DNA of 59,088 nucleotides, filler included, from Sluysia triapertura (taxonomy: Eukaryota), in the NCBI GenBank assembly GCA_046118255.1. It is 5 parts of 5 records of this genome, joined end to end, with 100 filler letters (N's around TTAATTAATTAA, not from the genome) between each part and the next. Parts side by side here need not be neighbours in the genome. Positions count along the whole stretch, not along the records: positions 47,853 to 59,088 come from JBJNIA010187002.1; 4 more parts are not named here. One strand, 5' to 3'. The notes under the pieces are model-generated. The model was not told where the DNA came from and did not search any database. It was given only the letters and a program-made list of their open reading frames with translations. The position numbers and the translations under genes are program-made. Position 1 is the first letter of the stretch. Each line of letters begins with the position of its first letter. This document shows positions 51,996 through 59,088 of this stretch, in pieces.

Positions 51996-52795
51996 ATGAA
52001 ATTTTATACTTACTTTCAATTTATATTATATACTTTCAATGTAATCAAAATTTTGAATTGTAAAGTATCTTTAAATTGTATATATCCTAGTCATAATGCA
52101 ATCACGCAAAGTATGTATGTTATTGCAAATATAACTGGTGAAGTGTAAGATGTTTTAATATTTCATTTAATTGAAAAATAGATATGAAACTAATGATGAT
52201 TCATATTTATATAAACTGTGTATATGTGGACCACTTAAAGTTCCTGGAAATATATCAGATAATCACGTCAGTGTATATCAACAAAGTTTGCATACAAAAA
52301 GTGACATATTCGTACTTGGTCGATTTAATAATACTGACGTTCAATCCGGAAGTATTTATTTTATAGATGTGATATTACCTTATTAAGATAATTGGGTTTT
52401 TTTGGAATATAAATCAGGTGATTCTTATCATGAGCACTGTGACAAAGCTCAAAGACGATCTTTAATCATGATAACTTGCAATCCAAATATCGATAAAGGT
52501 AAATTGAAAATAATAGAAGAAAACAATCAAAAGACTAGTTCATGCTACTATTTGTTCGAATTAGAGCATCCTAAAGTTTGCGTACATGTTAAAGAAACTG
52601 AAAAAATTAGTTGGGTACTTCTATGCTTTTTGATGTAAGTAAACTGTAAAAATTTGTAAATTTTTTAGTTTCCTTGGAATTACGGCACTGTATTTTGGTA
52701 TTGGTTTATTTATTAAAGGTATTATATTTAATAAACGTGGTGTTGAGATGATTCCTAATTTAAGAATATGGAGGTGTTTCGGATCATCATTTTCT
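51996..52795 (+). CDS. M6PR: Cation-dependent mannose-6-phosphate receptor; exons 51996-52144, 52182-52351, 52388-52634, 52669-52795; last exon not found
   Basis: Spliced frame is open with GT-AG introns of 37, 36 and 34 bp. LGRFNNTDVQSGNNWVFLEYKSGDSYHEHCDKAQRRSLIMITCN...EEN...CYYLFELEHPKVC, then a TM helix and KRGVEMIPNLRIW, match CD-MPR. Confidence 0.92.
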
Positions 52796-54002
52796 GTAAG
52801 TATATTGAATTATTTGAACTTTGTTCATTATATATAACATAATTAACAACTTTTAAAATACATATTATTTGTATGTAACTCAATAAATTTCACTTTGTAC
52901 TAATTAAGTAAGATATTTATTATTTTGTCTATATTGTGATTTTTCGAAATTTTGGCAAGAAATTCTATAAATAATGCAAAGGCTAAACACACGATCAATT
53001 TTTTTCATTTGATTCTGCAATGAAATGTCTTGAATTCGAGTATTGGTCAGTCCATTTTCCAAATGTAAATGAATCAGAAACTGAGTGGAACTAGATTTTA
53101 TGTAATTAAATGAAATCTATCAAATTAATATAATATAGCTTACTATTTGTCACTGTCAAAGCACAATATTTTAAGCATTTAACAGTCTCTTAATTCATTA
53201 AGTTTTATTTTGTGCTTAATTAGTGTAATGTGTTGTTAATTCTTAAAGCATAAATTTATTGTGTCTATAATTACTTATCATTTTACATTATTGTTGAAGT
53301 TAAAATATTAAATTAATAATTATGGTAAGCTAAATAAATACTTAGTTCAGATTACGATACAATGTCGCGAGTATACGTTAAATGAAAAATTGATTAATTC
53401 AATTATTAAATTATTAAGTTTATAATGTGATAGCTTAGCCGATTACCACGCTCATATTATATTAATAACGTCACTTACAGACACGAAAACTTTATCATAA
53501 AAAGATATCATAACACGTTTCACTTATACCATCACATATCATCCCATCAAATCTCATAATTTTCACAATTACATATCAACTCCAATAGAATTATAAAATC
53601 ATCGATTAAAATTAAATTCTAAGTTAATAATATTAATGTTACCACACTTCAACTTTTACAATAAATATAATGGCCATCATCATATTACTGTTATCATTTT
53701 CACACTTTTGTCCATATTTGTGCTTTTATTATGCTTATGTTTTATGAAACTAGTCTTTTCATATTGAATAAATTTTCATCGAGATCGTATTACAAATCAG
53801 AATTATCACAGGCCATAATTCTGCGCACCAAATAGTCATTTGTGTCTTTAAGACTTATATTATATTTTGTCAACCATCAGAAATCCCTTATTTTATGCAA
53901 CATGTCATTAATTCCAAAGAATTAAAGAAGAGAGAAGTAAAGAATTAAGCATAAATAAATTGTTTAAAAAGATTGTTTTGTTAATTATAAAAACTCTATA
54001 TA

Positions 54003-54514
54003 TAAGGTGGCCAAATTATTAGAAACATTAGAAATATGTTTCTCGATGATCATGGTGTTAAGCTGCTACCCTGGTCTGGAAACTCTCCGGACATGAAACC
54101 CATAGAAAATCTGTTGGAGAGTTTCTACCCATAAACCAACCACCAGGACGGAACTTATTGAAACCTGATAAAAGTATGGCATCACGATGACGAGATCAAA
54201 GATTTGAACCCCTAGCTCATCCGTGGGTTACCTTTAAGAATCAGGAAATTATTGAATAACAAAGGAGAGAAATAAGTACATATTTGATTTGTAGTAAATT
54301 GTGTTATGAGTAAAATTTCTATATGTTTTGAAACTCAGTATTTTTATCTATTATTTTAGTTTAACCAGAATTTTTTGGAGAAAGTAGTTATTTTCCAACA
54401 TTTTACATTTTCCGTGATAAGTGTTGGTAAATGGCATGTATTTATACACTTTTGATTAATGGTTTCATAGTATCCTTGAAAAATGGTCTTTAGTCTAATA
54501 ATTTGGCCACCAGT
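54003..54514 (+). mobile_element. Tc1-family deleted element, copy 3, both TIRs
   Basis: GGTGGCCAAATTATTAGA ... TCTAATAATTTGGCCACC. Internal LLPWSGNSPDMKPIENL. Confidence 0.92.
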
Positions 54515-55804
54515 TTAGTAAGTCGACCTTGGTACAACAGATGAAATTCGAAAAGATTTTAAAAAGAAAAATTCCAAATGACGACTTTAAAAATAACAAA
54601 TTTGAAATAACATATCTTGAAAATATGAATATGATTCCTGGTGCTTGATGACGGCAGAAGTGAATCCATCCATTTTGTCTACTTACCACCACAATGAACG
54701 AGATTTTATAAACGATAATTCAATGTTATGTAACTTCAAAAGTTTTAATTATGTCAAGTCTAATGTAACGTCAGCCTCTGTATACTTAAGCGTGTCACAC
54801 ATTTACCATGTTTTACTGGGATCGCCTACCACGTGACTCCGAATGTTTTAGATTGTTTGCACATCCAGTTACGTTAGGGCCATTTGAAAGATGAGAAACT
54901 AGATGTTAAAGTCAAAAGTTTTAAATTTAGACATTCAAAATGGAGCGAGTTCACGATTAGTTTGGATTGCTCGAGGCTTCATTCAAAGAATGAGACGAGC
55001 TGGATGTTAAGATTAAAAGTTTTCAAAATAGAAAGTCAAATTTAAATGAATTTACGAGTATTTTAAATTATTTAAAACTGGAAATCACTACCATACATGC
55101 GTAGCATGTTACAATATGACTAAACCAATATTATAAAAGAAAAAGTAATTAATATTAGATAAAATTGGTCATATTATCACGAAAAATCATGACTAACCTC
55201 CACGATACAGAGTCAAATTATAAACAGATTTGACTAATAAAAAATATCCATTGTATCTTAAAGCTAAATGTTCATAGTACTTCAACTGTTATTGATATAA
55301 TGAAAAATATTATAAACCTATTAAAATTAAACTGCTAAATAAAACTGGAGGTCTAATAATAATCATAATGTTTACAATAAAGTAATAAAAAGATACTTAT
55401 TACACACTGCATATAATTATTTAATCCAAATTCAATAACTGGAAAATAATTTGGCGATTATCTTTTCATGTATTTACGAATTAACTTCATAAAGACTCAA
55501 GTTTCTTTTCTAAATTATTGATGGATTATTTGCAAAATAATATAATAATTTTTAACTTCATTACTTAAATTACTCAAATTGTAATAAATTAAATGTCTGT
55601 CTAATTACTTTTAAACTTTACTTTTTCTATATTCTAAGTTTCTAATATTTTATCGCTATATTACAATTACAAATTCTATCAATTAATCTCTATACCAAGG
55701 AAATTAGTTTTTGTATTTAAATAGTTTGAAATTTTAACTTGCTGTAATTTTTCTTAGCTTTCTACCTACTTATTGCATAAACCTACCTCTACAGTTCAGA
55801 AAAT

Positions 55805-55850
55805 TGGTGTCATTAGTGGAATTTGAACCTACACCCTCAAAGAGAACCAT
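55805..55850 (-). pseudogene. tRNA-Leu-like 3' half ending in CCA
   Basis: Minus strand TGGTTCTCTTTGAGGGTGTAGGTTCAAATTCCACTAATGACACCA: long variable arm, GGTTCAAAT T-loop, Leu-type TGACA acceptor end. No 5' half. Confidence 0.6.
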
Positions 55851-56349
55851 AAATTAAATTTAACTTTTCTTTTTAAACATTTAATGATTTAAATGCTTTA
55901 TGTTTGTGTACAATGTTCTAGATTATTCTGTTTAGGCATGTTTGCGATTCTCATTAAATCCAAAGCCTAAATTTTCAGCACCTTCTTTGTCAATCAATAT
56001 TCTATAACAACTTCTATATAATTCATTACTTTCTTTTTTTTGATTCACATATATATTTCACAAACTTTTTAATCCAGTTTTTCTGCTTTTAAAAACGTGT
56101 TAATGGATCAATTAATTTGCCATTGTTATAAAAACCATTTTCTTCCATTTCTTTTTCTAATATATTATATAGCTTTTAATTATTGATCCTGTGTTTTTAA
56201 CCTTAGTAGTTTTTTGACAGAGAAAAGATAATTACTGTGAAATAAAATCAAACAGCGTAAATATTATGCAAAAAAAATGATTAGTTTGAAATAATAAAAC
56301 AAAAAAGAAAAATTTTATGCAAATAATAATATTCAATAATAATAAAATG

Positions 56350-57249
56350 CAGTAAACTCCCTACTATCCGTGGATAATATTCAGAAAATGAATATGTCAA
56401 CCAATGTCAAAGAAATTTAAATAGGACAAAGCACCATACACCTACCTCAATAAATTCTCAAACCAGTCTTTCAGTGTTCACAGTGTATGTACAAAACGGG
56501 GAGTTCCCGCGAGGGTACCTCAAAAGGATTGCCGCAGAAACCAGTACTGTTATTAGATAATGCTCCTTGTCATCCAAATAGAAGCAGATGAAACAGATGA
56601 CGGCCTTGTAGCTGCAAAATTTTTACCACTAATGTAACATCTTTAATTCAACCTATGGTTCAAGGAGTTATCTCTTTAACGAAACGCCATTATCGCAATG
56701 ATCTCCTTAGAAGCTTTTGCAGCGAGAATGACGATTTAATGAAATTATGTTGGATTCAATATATGTTAAATCTTGGAACAAAATTAAGCCAATAACACCA
56801 GTTCGATCGTTGTTGAAAATTTTGTCAAATGTAAAAAGTAATGTTTCGGACTCTATCGAACCTCAGATATGTAACTTTTCAGAATTATGTGAACTAGTAA
56901 AATATTTAAATGGCTTTGAAAATGTTGATAACCAAAAGAAATGGATGGAATTTGATTCATATAATCCAGGATTCCAGGTACATAGTGACACCGATATTAT
57001 TTCAAATCTAATTTCAAATCCAAATGAAAACAAAAGTGAGACTGAAAGGGAGGTAGTCACGATACGACACTGACTTCTGTCGATACTTTACTAGAATACT
57101 TCAATCAATGGAGCTTCGACTATACCGATTTTTTTTGTTTTTGTACTTTCATTGTTTTTGTATTATACTAGTATTTTTGTATTATTGTTTTGTGAATTTA
57201 TCCATGCTGGCCCTCCCCATCATTCGCCCGGATAATCGGGAGTTTACTA
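56350..57249 (+). mobile_element. pogo/Tigger-type DNA transposon, deleted
   Basis: TIRs CAGTAAACTCCCTACTATCCG / CGGATAATCGGGAGTTTACT. DDE_1 motifs VLLLDNAPCHP and NVTSLIQPMVQGVISLTKRHYR. Confidence 0.92.
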
Positions 57250-58299
57250 TATAAATATAAATTAGTGCTATAATAAACTAAAATAAATAATTGGTCGAAC
57301 ATAACCATAGCAGGAAATAGTATAAAAATGCTATTTAGATTTAACACAAGTCAAGAGAGAAAGGTTTAATTATAATTTGTGAAAACGCAATATGGATAAT
57401 ATTAACTATAATTTTGCAGAATAAAATTAACACTTGAATTTTACACATAATACTTCTTTATCAATTATATCTTCAACATCAATCGATTGAAACCTTCGGA
57501 TTCGTATTCGTAAGCATTATATACATAACAGTAACTAAATTCATCATCCTTATAAAAATATTTTTTTCTAATCTAATATAAAATTCATTGAATCTTAAAT
57601 TAAATAATTAACTTAACTCAATATTGCGGTGGTATTTTCAACAAAAACAAAAACATCACACTTACAACAAAAATAACACAAACACTAAATCTCTTCAACA
57701 TAAAGTCACTAAATTCTAAAATAACCAAAATGCAAATATCTCCTTCCTTTTGCATTTGTTGCACTCTCTTACTCATATTTCTATTATTTCCAAGATCAAA
57801 TACTGGTTATCTACCACCACAAATTTTGAATATATGAGTGTATTTGAAAGAAATAAAAAATCAAACCTAAATAAAACCATTCAATAATTTTCGCAAAAGA
57901 ATGAAACGATGAAAACTAAAAACTACAGCTTATTAGATTAATTACAATCAAAACCTGATTATATAGTAAAAAAATTATTCGAAAAAGAAAATACAGAAAT
58001 TTCTTCAATTGATTCAGTGATGGATAACAAACAGATGTATCAGACTAAGTACCAAATAATTTTGCTTGTACAAATAATTAATTAAATATCAAAAAAATAA
58101 GAAAGATTCCTTTGTTAATGTAACTCAAACCAAATATTAATGTTCATAGTCGCCATAAAACTGTGATTGACCTTTTGCATTTGTGGTATCAGAAATAATA
58201 ATTCAATATGAATGAAAATACTCGTTATAAAATTCTAAATCACTAATGTTTATGTTTTGTTTGTTACTGTTCAAAATTTAGAGCCAATAATTATTTAAT

Positions 58300-58620
58300 T
58301 TTCATCAAATAAGATATTAGCTATAATCAGCTTCCATTTAATCAGTATTTAATTTTTTGACCAATTTAAATCCATAATCGTTTATATGTAGTGGATATAT
58401 AGCCAATTACAGTACATATTATCGCTTTGGTGATATTTTTTATTTTATATACTTTGTACTTTATTTATATCCGCTTTGTTAGTATTTGTTTGTGTCTGCT
58501 TAACATATTTTTCTTCTTTTATTGATCCGTAACATTTTATGGATGTTAATTAAGTATAAGTTTATGGGGTCCATAGAATACTACAGTCAAGTAATGAATA
58601 AAATGAAGGATTATTTAAAA
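58300..58620 (-). mobile_element. LINE ORF2 C-terminal remnant
   Basis: LLDCSILWTP resembles the CR1/Jockey LEYCSxVWxP motif. Confidence 0.4.
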
Positions 58621-59088
58621 ATTTTTGACAAATTTGTTGTAACATTGTATAAAATCTAACTATTTTTACATATATATTTAAAATTATTGTTAATTATTTT
58701 ATAAATCAATGAATATCAATTGTTTATAATTACTAATATTTTGAATGTTGTGTAACATTAAAGTGTTTATTGGTAAATCATTTCACATTTTTGTTTGTAA
58801 AATGTTGATATATCTGACTAATTTTACTTTATTTAACTTAATTCACGTGGAAATAATCGAAAACTGTTCGAATGTTTAAATTTGTTCATTGAAGATTGTC
58901 CGGTTGAATTAACTACAGAAATCATAACTATATTATCATTGTTTGAAATATAGTAATAGTAAAATGAATAAATTTGAATTATTTTATATATTAAAGTAAT
59001 TCAATCATATTAACTTATAATAAAACATTGTCAATTTTAAAATTATTTATTTATAACTATTTATAGATTTAATTGATATTGATATATA

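Overview
Very AT-rich, repeat-dense eukaryotic (invertebrate animal-like) genomic DNA. It is a draft scaffold with four artificial 100-bp gap linkers and one plain N gap. Host genes are sparse: one exon of a conventional protein kinase C (C2 domain), a probable calpain exon on the minus strand, a secreted C-type lectin, and a cation-dependent mannose-6-phosphate receptor (M6PR) with 34-37 bp mini-introns. Most of the rest is decayed transposons: Tc1/mariner, pogo/Tigger, hAT and piggyBac MITEs, MULE, Ty3/gypsy, CR1/L2-type LINE, and several Penelope-like remnants, one followed by a degenerate hammerhead motif. The most interesting signal is an unclassified, large, multi-gene repeat family seen in at least three diverged copies (~2.6-5.6 kb +, ~30.2-38.4 kb -, ~41.2-47.5 kb -). 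The shared layout is a strand-skewed ~78-80 bp periodic tract, an inverted-repeat cluster (two copies), a CCCH zinc-finger ORF (possibly death-fold-fused), and a GT intron directly after its stop. The minus-strand copies also carry multi-pass membrane ORFs and a recurring, covarying stem-loop with a CUUAA loop. No replication enzyme could be tied to this family from the sequence alone. All protein assignments come from manual motif recognition, not database searches.
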